Both the position numbers and the translations under genes were made by a program. A DNA stretch of 50,556 nucleotides from Gemmatales bacterium (GTDB lineage: Bacteria > Planctomycetota > Planctomycetia > Gemmatales > HRBIN36): positions 1-50,556 of the forward strand of contig JANWVZ010000003.1 in assembly GCA_025056555.1 (NCBI GenBank), written 5' to 3'. A model generated the notes under the pieces. The model saw nothing but the letters and a program-made list of their open reading frames with translations. It had not been told where the DNA came from and made no database searches. Of this stretch, positions 9,801 through 19,163 are shown piece by piece (position 1 is the stretch's first letter; each line of letters begins with the position of its first letter).

Positions 9801-12299
9801 ATGACGCATACTAACATGACGACTGGGATACCACTAAGTCTGCGGGAATACATGGTCAAAGGCGTCTTGGCCGGCGGACTGATGACCGTCGCCTTGCAGA
9901 CGCCCAGCGTATTGTGCGCCCTGCTGCTCTACACGAGCATCGTAGCCGGCTTAGTGTTAGCGCTCTCTGCAGTTGCTTATAACGTTGTAGTCCGACAGGC
10001 CCAGCCGGTGCGCGGTCGTTTCTGGCCTTTTGTGTTTTATCTTATTCTGGAAAACCCGGAAGCTGTTTATGGTGGCATTCTACTCGGGCTGTTTGCAGGG
10101 CTGGCGAACTGTCTGCTGGCACGATGGAGCGGCCTAGCAGTTGACTGGTCGGTGCCTGAACTCGCAGGAGGTGTGTTGCTTGGAGCGCTGTCCGGAATTG
10201 CTGTGCCTTATTTGGTACGCTGGCATAATCGCTGGCTGCGCAGCGGCACGGTACTGACTATCGCGGGTCTGGTGACGGGTGCATTTGTCCTGACCATGAC
10301 CTGGTATCCCGAATGGTTTCCGCGACTGTCCCCGCAATGGTTTGCAGTGCATCTGCTCAGCGCTGCCTTATTAGTGCACCTGCTGGCGTTTACCGGGCGA
10401 ACCGAGGAGAGCGAGTTGGAGTGCGGTCTGACCACTATGTTCGTCGCAGCATCACTCTGGGTGCTATTACCGGAACGGGGGCGTTTACTGGGCTTGCTAA
10501 TTCCTTTAGTATGGTATGTCATTTACACAGGCACTATGTTACCTCATGTTCAGGTGCTAAAACATGTTTTGCGGGGCTGGAATTATCTGGAGTTGGGACA
10601 ATTTCGGGAGGCGATTTTGTCGTTCCGCCGCGCCTTAGAGATTCAACCTTACAGCGCCTGGGCCCGTGAAGGCTTGTGGCGTGTCCACCGGAAATTGACT
10701 GCTGATCTGCTGGCTCAACAACCGCAACTTCGTGAGTTATTAGACTTGGATCTGTGCCTGCAACGAGTAGCCGAACTGCTGTTGCAAGGAAGCCCCTTTA
10801 CCTCATACCTGGAAGAGGCCGATAAGTTGCTCAACCTGGTTCTAGATCAGGATCCGAACCGCCGACCCGAGGTTCTTTACTGGCGGGCGGTTCTGTTGAC
10901 TCACGGAAAGCATTATGACTCTGCTGCCGAAGCCTTGCTCGAATTATTAGATCGTCGCCACTGGCCGGGGCCTTCACCCTCTCGCGATAGCATCTTAGCA
11001 CGTGCCTGGCAACTGGCCTTACTGGCCCATGATCAACTTACCCGGCGAGTTGAGGAACTTCTTTGGCAAATACCGGGCAAACGGATCGAGGCAATCGCCG
11101 ATATCGAAGGTGCCTTGAAAAAACAACCCAATGATTCCGTTGCACTGGAACTGAAGGAATATCTCTACTCGGGCCTGACCTATGAGGAGTTTGAGGCAGT
11201 TCGTGAGGCCGACCTTGATAGTGTCGGGCATCTTGACTTTTCCTATCTCTATGAGCAAGGCCAGCAACTCCTTCAACAGGCAGAACGCTGGCAACAGGGG
11301 GTTGGTTTCTTGCGTATGGCAGCCTACGGCTTTGCGGAAAAAGCGCCGGGGATTTATTATCAACTGGGCGAACTATATCGTCAAAGAAACGATGAAGCGA
11401 CCGCCCGTTATTATTATGAGCAGGCAAAGTTAGCGGCTCGGGACTATGGTCTGGATCGCCTACCCGCTGAAGAAAAGCAGGCCTATTTTCGCGCCGTCCA
11501 TCAGTTGGCCCAATTCGCTTATCAGAATCAGGACTTAGATCGGGCCATTGAGAATTTCATCCTCTACATGGAATCACCTCAGGCAGGAACAGACACCTTG
11601 CGTCTGATTACCGAACTCTACGAACGTAAAGGAGACGCACTTTCCGCGCTTATTTGGAACGAAAAGGCACTGTCCCTCGACAGTTCCAATCCCCAACTGT
11701 TAGAGCGCAAAGATAGATATTATTATTCGGTCACGCCGGAGGACTTATTGGCGCAGCGCCCGCGCGTGGAAAAGCATTTCGATGCGGAATATTGCTTGCG
11801 CAAGGCTAAGATGCTGGTGGACCTGCGCCAGGCGGGTGAGCCTCAGCTGGAATGGGCTTTGCATCTGGTACGCCTGGTATTGGCTTTAGACCCGAATAAT
11901 CTCCGCGCCTTAGTGTTGGCAGGCCGAGTATTCCACCGGGTTGGCAATGAGGAAGAAGCAGCGCGCCACTATGAACGAGCGCGTGCTGCTCGGCCGGAAC
12001 GTTTCAGCAACCGAGACGAGGAGGAGGCTTGGTATTGGGCAACAGTGCGCCTCGGGGATTACTATCTCTCCAATGCCCGGCGGCCGGATTTGGCCCTACA
12101 GTGTTATAGTGATTATCGCAACTCACCCAAAAGCGGCGCCGATACCCTCTACAAAATGGGGCAGTGTTATGAACAGTTGGGAGATACTGTCCGAGCGGCC
12201 AAGTGCTATCAGGCAGTCACCGTTTACGACCATCCCTTGGCCAGCGAAGCCTATGCTGCACTGGCGCGGTTGGAAGCTGCAGGACGATCTAACGTCTAA
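9801..12299 (+). CDS. integral membrane protein with a large TPR-repeat domain
   Basis: N-terminal ~250 aa with about 7-8 hydrophobic segments, then many TPR-like units (e.g. YLELGQFREAILSFRRALEIQP, YKMGQCYEQLGD). Confidence 0.8.
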   Translation: MTHTNMTTGIPLSLREYMVKGVLAGGLMTVALQTPSVLCALLLYTSIVAGLVLALSAVAYNVVVRQAQPVRGRFWPFVFYLILENPEAVYGGILLGLFAGLANCLLARWSGLAVDWSVPELAGGVLLGALSGIAVPYLVRWHNRWLRSGTVLTIAGLVTGAFVLTMTWYPEWFPRLSPQWFAVHLLSAALLVHLLAFTGRTEESELECGLTTMFVAASLWVLLPERGRLLGLLIPLVWYVIYTGTMLPHVQVLKHVLRGWNYLELGQFREAILSFRRALEIQPYSAWAREGLWRVHRKLTADLLAQQPQLRELLDLDLCLQRVAELLLQGSPFTSYLEEADKLLNLVLDQDPNRRPEVLYWRAVLLTHGKHYDSAAEALLELLDRRHWPGPSPSRDSILARAWQLALLAHDQLTRRVEELLWQIPGKRIEAIADIEGALKKQPNDSVALELKEYLYSGLTYEEFEAVREADLDSVGHLDFSYLYEQGQQLLQQAERWQQGVGFLRMAAYGFAEKAPGIYYQLGELYRQRNDEATARYYYEQAKLAARDYGLDRLPAEEKQAYFRAVHQLAQFAYQNQDLDRAIENFILYMESPQAGTDTLRLITELYERKGDALSALIWNEKALSLDSSNPQLLERKDRYYYSVTPEDLLAQRPRVEKHFDAEYCLRKAKMLVDLRQAGEPQLEWALHLVRLVLALDPNNLRALVLAGRVFHRVGNEEEAARHYERARAARPERFSNRDEEEAWYWATVRLGDYYLSNARRPDLALQCYSDYRNSPKSGADTLYKMGQCYEQLGDTVRAAKCYQAVTVYDHPLASEAYAALARLEAAGRSNV

Positions 12300-12356
12300 G
12301 TTATGAAATCTAAATTCATGCTTTGGAGTAGGGACAAGCAGGAGAAATGTACGCCC

Positions 12357-14507
12357 TCAGTCTAAGTTCTGCGGTCGAAAATCAAGAACCTTAACGAGGA
12401 AGGCCCACTGATCGGCAATTTCCTCGATCCATTTGGAAGTGGGTTTACCGGCCCCATGACCAGCCCGGGTTTCAATACGTATAAGTACGGGAGCATTACC
12501 CGCCTGCTGAGCCTGCAAGGCAGCGGCAAATTTGAAGCTGTGCGCCGGTACGACACGGTCATCGGTGTCTGCCGTGGTAATTAACGTCGCGGGATAATTG
12601 CGCTTCCCACCTCGCAAAAGGGCGTGATATGGTGAATAGGCATAGAGGGCCTTAAACTCCTCGGGGTTGTCGGGAGAGCCGTAATCATCTACCCAATATC
12701 GCCCAGCGGTGAATTTATGAAACCGTAGCATATCCATCACACCTACCGCCGGCAAGCAGGCCCCGAATAACTCAGGTCGCTGGGTCATGCAGGCACCTAC
12801 TAACAAACCGCCGTTCGAGCCTCCTTGAATGGCTAATTTTCCTGGCCGGGTGTATTTATTCGCGATCAGCCATTCTGCGGCAGCGATGAAATCGTCAAAG
12901 ACGTTCTGCTTGTTCAATCTGGTGCCCGCACGGTGCCATTCTTCGCCGTATTCCCCGCCGCCGCGAAGGTTGGCCAAGGCGAACACTCCGCCCATTTCCA
13001 TCCATAGGAGACGACTTACGGAAAAAGTAGGCGTGAGGGCGATGTTAAATCCCCCGTATCCATAGAGCAAGGTCGGGTTATTTCCATCCATCGCAATCCC
13101 CTTCTTATGGGCGATGAACATGGGAACGCGCGTGCCATCTTTGCTCTTGTAGAAAACCTGCTTCACTTCATAGTCGCCGGGTCGAAAATCTACCTGGGCA
13201 CGACGAAATATATTGCTCTGGCCTGTGATGAGATTATAATGATAGATAGAGGGAGGCGTAGCGAAACTCGAAAACGTATAGAAAGTCTCCGTATCGCTAC
13301 GTCGGCCGCTAAATCCGGTCACGGAGCCGATACCCGGAAGTTCCACATCGCGAATGTGCTTACCTTGCACGTCATAGAGGCGCACCAAACTCTTCGCATC
13401 CTGCAAATAAGTCACGATGAAAAGATTTCCCACAAAAGATACCGAGATCATCGCATGTTCGCTTTGAGGAACAATCTCGCGGTAATGCTCTGGCTTGGGT
13501 TTCCGAAGGTCCACGGCGATGATACGACCGCGCGGAGCATGGAGATCGGTCTTGAAATAAAACACCGGGCCGTCGTTGCCGAGAAAGGTATATTCATTTT
13601 CGAAATGGTCAATCAAGGCTACAGGCAGACCATATGGCTCCGCTAAGTCTTTATAATAAATGCGATACTTGTCATCGGTACCTTTATAGACAGTGAGGAT
13701 CAGGTAGCGGCCGTCTTCGGTCACTTCGGGAATAAATCCCCATTCGGGCTGGTCTGGCCGGGCATAGACCAGTACGTCATCGGATTGGGGAGTGCCCAAA
13801 CGGTGATAATAGACCTTCTGGTTCAGATTGAGGGCCTGAAATTCCTGACCTGGCTTCGGCTCGTCGAAACGACTGTAGAAGAAACCCCGACTATCCTTCG
13901 TCCAAGCCAGTTGCGTGAACTTAGTCCATTTGATAAGGTCCTCCAGGGTGCGGCCGGTATCTAATTCTAATATCTTCCAAGTGCGCCAGTCGGAACCGGC
14001 CTCCTGAACGGCATAAGCCAGGTAGCGGGCATCGTCGCTGACAGCCACACCCGCTAAAGCTATAGTGCCGTCCTTAGACCAAGTATTCGGGTCGAGCAGG
14101 AGCCGGGGTTGACCATCCAAGCGTTCGAGCATATAGAGCGCGTTTTGATTCTGCAGTCCATCATTGCGTTCATAGAAGTAACGCTGCCCTACCTTGAATG
14201 GGGTGGTGTATCTCTCGAAATTCCAGAGCTGGGTCAGCCGCTTCCTGATGGCTGGGCGTTCAGGGATGGCTTCGAGAAAGGCGAATGTGACCTTATTCTG
14301 GGCTTCCACCCAGGCGGCTACCTCCGCAGACTTGCGCACGTCCTCTTCGAGCCAGCGGTAGGGATCGGGCACTTTGATACCGTGATAAGTATCGTAATGT
14401 TCCACCTGCTTAGTCTCCGGATAGCGAAGTTGGCCTTGGGCCAGCAAGGAGACAGACATGGCCAGCATCAAGATTGTTGAGATACCAGGCGCAAGCGTGC
14501 ACCGCAT
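12357..14507 (-). CDS. prolyl oligopeptidase (peptidase S9A), secreted
   Basis: DPYRWLE, YGYGGF, RGGGEYG, GGSNGG (Ser), DDRV (Asp), AGHG (His); signal peptide after ATG 14507. Confidence 0.96.
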   Translation of the reverse strand: MRCTLAPGISTILMLAMSVSLLAQGQLRYPETKQVEHYDTYHGIKVPDPYRWLEEDVRKSAEVAAWVEAQNKVTFAFLEAIPERPAIRKRLTQLWNFERYTTPFKVGQRYFYERNDGLQNQNALYMLERLDGQPRLLLDPNTWSKDGTIALAGVAVSDDARYLAYAVQEAGSDWRTWKILELDTGRTLEDLIKWTKFTQLAWTKDSRGFFYSRFDEPKPGQEFQALNLNQKVYYHRLGTPQSDDVLVYARPDQPEWGFIPEVTEDGRYLILTVYKGTDDKYRIYYKDLAEPYGLPVALIDHFENEYTFLGNDGPVFYFKTDLHAPRGRIIAVDLRKPKPEHYREIVPQSEHAMISVSFVGNLFIVTYLQDAKSLVRLYDVQGKHIRDVELPGIGSVTGFSGRRSDTETFYTFSSFATPPSIYHYNLITGQSNIFRRAQVDFRPGDYEVKQVFYKSKDGTRVPMFIAHKKGIAMDGNNPTLLYGYGGFNIALTPTFSVSRLLWMEMGGVFALANLRGGGEYGEEWHRAGTRLNKQNVFDDFIAAAEWLIANKYTRPGKLAIQGGSNGGLLVGACMTQRPELFGACLPAVGVMDMLRFHKFTAGRYWVDDYGSPDNPEEFKALYAYSPYHALLRGGKRNYPATLITTADTDDRVVPAHSFKFAAALQAQQAGNAPVLIRIETRAGHGAGKPTSKWIEEIADQWAFLVKVLDFRPQNLD

Positions 14508-15036
14508 GGCGAGCCTCCAGTAAGTTGAGGCGGGACAGTATCGAGTGTGTTCATTGTATTTCTCTGGGCAGCGAGGAACACTAACTGCGGGTGGAGAATG
14601 CAACCAAGGTCAAGGCCCTCCGACGAACCTAGCCTAGGACGGGCACTTGGCGGTTTACTGCGAGGGATGCCGAGAGAAGTTGCCTGGAATCACACGCCTC
14701 ATTAGGCAATTGTTTTCCTGAGCAGCCACCGAGTTAGGTTTACCTCGCCTGCGGCATACGTTTGACGACTCGACACGCGATCTAAGGAGTTGGGAACCGG
14801 TTGACCGCGTTTGAAATTTGCTTTATCGTGGGTCGTCACAAGTCGCGCACAGGAGTTCGTGGCATTTGATGTGGAATACCTAGGTTGAATCGTTTGACCT
14901 GAAGGATGGCCGACGTGGATCAACGATGTCCGATATAGTTGCGGCGGGGACATGGCGCGTGCAAAAAAGCTGCTTAGCAGAAGCGTTTCGATACGCTATT
15001 ATTGGCAGCATCGCGAAAACCTACGAAGGTTAGACT

Positions 15037-15630
15037 ATGGCTCAGCAACTGATGCCCGTCTCTTACATTGTGTTCGGGATACTCCACGTCATTTTCGGCT
15101 TTTTGGGATTGTTCTGCGGAGGGATAGTTGGTTTGCGGCAACCGCAATTTCGGGTGGGGCCAGCGGAGGGCCAAGTGGACCTTTGGCAGATAATGGTGCA
15201 GGCTAACCCGGAGATTGCGACGTGGTGGACAGTAAGTACTGTATTCGGATTGGTGGTATCAATCATCTTGGTGATGGCCGGGATCTTACTTCTGGCGGGC
15301 AGTTACAAAGGTGCTATATTGTCGCTAGTGTACAGCATAATCCGAATTGTGACGGCTGTGGCGGAACTGGCTTTTTCATTTCTCAAGCTGTTGCCGGCCC
15401 TGGAGGACGCTGTTATTCAGGCCCTGCCGAACGCTCCTGCGGCGGAACGAAATATTGCCTTGTTGATATTCAAGCTTGCTCTTGCGCTGAGCGGAGTCGC
15501 GACCTTGATCTATCCGTTGGTGGTGTTAGCGTTCTGTATGGCCTGGCTACGAAGTCTTGGCCAAGCCACCGCACAAGAGTGGCAGGAACACAGCCTGGAA
15601 GCAGACGGCGAGCGCGACTGGCCCAAGTAA
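15037..15630 (+). CDS. hypothetical membrane protein (about 4 TM)
   Basis: 197 aa with four hydrophobic segments; fills the gap between convergent/divergent real genes. Confidence 0.7.
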   Translation: MAQQLMPVSYIVFGILHVIFGFLGLFCGGIVGLRQPQFRVGPAEGQVDLWQIMVQANPEIATWWTVSTVFGLVVSIILVMAGILLLAGSYKGAILSLVYSIIRIVTAVAELAFSFLKLLPALEDAVIQALPNAPAAERNIALLIFKLALALSGVATLIYPLVVLAFCMAWLRSLGQATAQEWQEHSLEADGERDWPK

Positions 15631-15633
15631 CCG

Positions 15634-16386
15634 TTAACTCTGAGCGACGGCGAGGGCTTCTTCTTCGGTGATGTTGATATTGGAATAAACGTTTTGCACG
15701 TCATCGTGGTCGTCGAGCATCTCCATGAGTTTCAGGACTCGTTTCGCCGTTTCCGGTTCGACGTCCACAGGGGATTTCGGAAGCTGGACGATCTCGGCGG
15801 AGAGAACCGCGATATTATGCTGTTTGAGAGCGGCCTGGACTTGCGAGAACATGGAAGGATCGCAGGTGATTTCGTACTTCGAGCCAGTGCGCTTGAGGTC
15901 TTCCGCCCCCGCTTCCAGCGCGATTTCCAGAAGGCGGTCTTCGTCAATTGCACGAGCGTCCACTACGACCAATCCTTTGCGTTCGAAGAGCCAAGCCACA
16001 GCTCCGGCGGAACCCATCTTCCCGCCACCTTTTTCAAAGAGCTTGCGGATTTCGCTGGCCGTGCGATTGCGGTTATCTGTGGCGCATTCAACCAGAATGG
16101 CTACACCCCCCGGTCCATAACCTTCGTAGGTAACTTCCTCAATAGCTTCGCCTTCGAGTTCCCCCACGCCCTTCTTGATGGCGCGTTCAATGGTATCTTT
16201 GGGCATGCCCGCCTCACGGGCTTTCTCGATGGCGTAGCGTAGCTTGACATTAGCTGCGGGATCCGGCCCGCTTTGACGGACGGCCACCTGAATAGCACGA
16301 GCAAGCTTACTGAAAAGCTGTCCTTTGCGCGCATCGGCAGCGCTCTTCTGACGCTTAATCGTTGCCCAGTGAGAATGACCCGCCAT
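15634..16386 (-). CDS. yebC: YebC/PmpR family protein
   Basis: MAGHSHWATIK, YEGYGPGGVA, TDNRNRT, DDVQNVYSN. Confidence 0.95.
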   Translation of the reverse strand: MAGHSHWATIKRQKSAADARKGQLFSKLARAIQVAVRQSGPDPAANVKLRYAIEKAREAGMPKDTIERAIKKGVGELEGEAIEEVTYEGYGPGGVAILVECATDNRNRTASEIRKLFEKGGGKMGSAGAVAWLFERKGLVVVDARAIDEDRLLEIALEAGAEDLKRTGSKYEITCDPSMFSQVQAALKQHNIAVLSAEIVQLPKSPVDVEPETAKRVLKLMEMLDDHDDVQNVYSNINITEEEALAVAQS

Positions 16387-16603
16387 GCTGTTTCTCCCGG
16401 ACGTATTGCTCGGCACAGCGGCCACGCGCTGGCCAACTGGTGAGTTTATTTTCCACTCCTGCGTGCACTACTGTCGGGCACGAAGAGCGGGTTCCTCTCC
16501 ATTGGCATTATCGGCACGATCATCTTCAACTTCCAGGGGGTAATCTGAATTTGAGCGACGACGGCTCGGATGAAGGACTCCTCGTAAAGCGGAGAAAGGA
16601 TGC

Positions 16604-17317
16604 CTAACGCACAGATCCAGACGAGGCGGGCTCAGTGCCGAAAGGAATCGGAGTGGAACTATACCGTTGAAGATAATCAGGCAGTTCAGCGAGGGAAGCC
16701 AGAAGACCGTCAGGCTGGCAGGAAGCCAAGTACTCGGCGGATTGCGCACCGGTGGGCACTGCAAGCACAGCGATGCCAGCTTGGCGCGCTGCCTGAATAT
16801 CTACGTCCATATCCCCCACATAAACTGCATGCCCCGGTGCCACTCCTAAGCGACGCAGTGCTTCCAAAAGCATGTCCGGCGCCGGTTTAGGCCGAGGCAC
16901 ATCCTCTGGCCCTAAGACGGCGTCCACACTACACGGAGCAAGGAAATGTTCCAGAAGTTCACGAGTGAAGTACACGGGTTTGTTGCTGCAGACAGCGAGT
17001 TTGAGCCCCGCGCGCTTTAATTGGGAGATAGCGAACTCAGTTCCCGGCATGAGCCGAGTCAGTGGCCGCATAATCTGTTCATGATGTTGGCGATAGCGTT
17101 CCAGCGCCTGCTGAGGATTTACGCCGGGCACGGTGTGGCATAGCAGATGTAACGCCCCGCGGCCAACGTGCATGCGGACTTCCTCTATAGCTAATGGTGG
17201 CAGTCCATACTGTGCCCGCACATGGTTGACACTGCAGGCGATAGCTTCGAAGCTGTCCGCCAGTGTCCCATCGAAGTCAAAAATCACCGCATGCACAGAG
17301 CAGGGAAGCTGACGCAT
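16604..17317 (-). CDS. HAD-superfamily hydrolase (phosphoglycolate phosphatase-like)
   Basis: FDFDGTLADS, CSNK, KPAPD, YVGD..VD. Start placed at ATG 17317. Confidence 0.88.
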   Translation of the reverse strand: MRQLPCSVHAVIFDFDGTLADSFEAIACSVNHVRAQYGLPPLAIEEVRMHVGRGALHLLCHTVPGVNPQQALERYRQHHEQIMRPLTRLMPGTEFAISQLKRAGLKLAVCSNKPVYFTRELLEHFLAPCSVDAVLGPEDVPRPKPAPDMLLEALRRLGVAPGHAVYVGDMDVDIQAARQAGIAVLAVPTGAQSAEYLASCQPDGLLASLAELPDYLQRYSSTPIPFGTEPASSGSVR

Positions 17318-17738
17318 CTGAGTAATTCTTCGTTCTGATGGCCTGTTCAGTCTATAGCCATTAGAAGAGCGAATCCAGAGCCAAAGCATATAGTAGGTCC
17401 AACTGCTTGACGAGGAAGACATGCATTAGTTTTCGGGCTCGAGCTGGCACTCCGCACGTAACGCAGCAGTTCCTCCAGCGAAACCAGGGGTGCGCACTTT
17501 AGTTCCAGCTTTGGGCCAGCATGCCACACCCACCAACACCGGTTGCTCTAACTTGATAAGGGGGACGTTTTTTTGAGATGCATTTGGAGCCGCGAATCCG
17601 GATTTGGCTCGGCGTAGTGGGCCGACATCCACATGTGCAGATCGAATTTATTACTTTCTTCCACTTACTTCAGCGCTATTCAACGGATTCCCTGTCATGC
17701 CAATGACTCGGAAATTCTCTGCCCAGGAAGGAATTCTG

Positions 17739-17950
17739 ATGACGCCCCAAGCAATCGCCCAAATTGGGCCTGTTTTTGCTGGATACCTGGGTCCCCTATG
17801 ATTCCACTTCCTTCAAAGGCTCATCGCATAGCCAGCCACATCTTGGCACTTTCCCTGGAACCAACCGAACTGATTCTACTCCCTGGGTGATAATTTATAC
17901 CGAGGATTACACAGATTTGCACAGAGAAAACCCTTTGCCGCGGATTAGCC
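17739..17950 (+). mobile_element. possible degraded IS701-family transposase N-terminus
   Basis: RBS-like AGGAAGG then MTPQAIAQIGPVFAGYLGP; shifted frames give HLGTF and Y/C-RGL..TDL, resembling from memory IS701 N-termini (HL.TYCRGLLSDLPRKS). Heavily broken; no terminal inverted repeats seen. Confidence 0.3.
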
Positions 17951-18014
17951 AACTGTTGTCGGTCAGGGTGATGCCGAGTCGCGCTTATCTAGGGCCTAAC
18001 CGGCTCCTCATAAT

Positions 18015-18190
18015 CCTAGCTAAAGCATAACATCATCAACTCGGTTGCAGCACAGATCCTTGGCTCAGTTGCAGCATACATTCATTCACTGGCTTACAGC
18101 ATACTATCTTTAGCATTAGTCACAACAACTACATCACTAACTCGGTTGGAGCATAACCACATCAGCTAAGTTGTACCATAACATCCTTAG
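18015..18190. repeat. degenerate tandem repeat, ~25 bp x 7
   Basis: Consensus about CTCGGTTGCAGCATAACATCATCAA; AGCAT-like anchor at 18024, 18049, 18073, 18098, 18124, 18150, 18175. Confidence 0.75.
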
Positions 18191-18299
18191 AAGCTGAGAT
18201 GCTTTGCTGGTAACTGCGCATATTTCTGTGGTTGAATTTGACTGTCACCCGGCCGTGATGTTAGAGGGAACAGTGCTTCGCCTCTTATTGCGTACCGCT

Positions 18300-18438
18300 G
18301 TGTCCATCTGCATAATCTGCGACCATCTCCTTAATCAGTGACCATCTCCATAATCGCGATCATCTCCTTTCCTTAATCGCGACCATCCCCCTAATCAACG
18401 GTCATTCTCTTAATCGGCGATCATCTCCGTAATCTGCG
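18300..18438. repeat. tandem repeat, ~19 bp x 6 plus partial copies
   Basis: Units start at 18314, 18333, 18352, 18375, 18393, 18412, 18431 (partial); consensus AATCNGCGACCATCTCCTT. Confidence 0.9.
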
Positions 18439-18510
18439 TTCAGCAGCGTAATCCGCTGTTTGCTTTCGCCATGCACCTCACGTCTGCCCTGAGAGGACGA
18501 TCCGAGGCAT

Positions 18511-18579
18511 CACTGGCTGTTGCGGGAGGAAGCTGCCCAGCTACCCGCAATAGTGTCGGGCGTCGAAGCGGAGTCGGCA
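18511..18579 (-). pseudogene. possible second, highly degraded RHS repeat-associated core fragment
   Basis: Translates CRLRFDARHYCG*LGSFLPQQPV, with the spacing of the RHS-core motif ARYYDPxxGRFLSxDP. Confidence 0.35.
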
Positions 18580-18713
18580 ACGGCTCTGCTGGCATCGCGG
18601 GATAGCAGGGACGCGTTACCTCAGCACGTTGGCACATTATTACCAGCGGCGTATCCTGCTGACCATCCGCTCGCACCGAACACGCGGCCAATGATTCGGA
18701 TTGGCGCTGATGT

Positions 18714-19136
18714 TTAGGAGGAATATTCCGTTTCTTCAAATTCGATGTCTGAGTCAGCACAGATAATGTCAGCACAAATAGCCCATCCAAGCTGAAGGTG
18801 AGTCAGGGGACGTTCAACGTGACACCAGATAGCGTGCTCCTTTGGCAAGGGAGGTGGTCCTAGCATAGCCGAACCTAGGTCGTCATAGAAACTGAATCGA
18901 AGTTCAACCAACAACTTGCGGAGTGCGCCCAGAGCGAGCTTCCGCCAATATAACTCGGGGATGAAGTAGGGTGGGTCATCCGGTGGAGTGCGATGCCAGT
19001 GGCGAAGAGCGATTTCCTTATACCTGAGGAATATAAGTCATTCAGGTTGGTACGTGTCCACGAAAGTTATGACCATGCTTGCCCCCACATCATTCAGGCG
19101 AACCTCGATAATCTGTTGATCGAGCATTTGGTTCAT
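18714..19136 (-). pseudogene. putative immunity gene with one premature TGA
   Basis: AGGAG RBS, ATG at 19136, 140 codons in a single frame to TAA at 18714, broken only by TGA at 19038-19040; starts 27 nt after the toxin-like ORF. Confidence 0.55.
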
Positions 19137-19163
19137 GGTGTACGTTTCTCCTGACTGGCAAAG

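Noticed and set aside
18015-18438. CRISPR or mini-CRISPR reading of the 25-bp and 19-bp arrays
   Set aside because: Periods are too short for repeat plus spacer and the units are contiguous.
19038-19040. Selenocysteine read-through of the TGA in the immunity-like gene
   Set aside because: No redox-motif context, no SECIS-like hairpin recognised, and neighbouring genes are plainly decayed.
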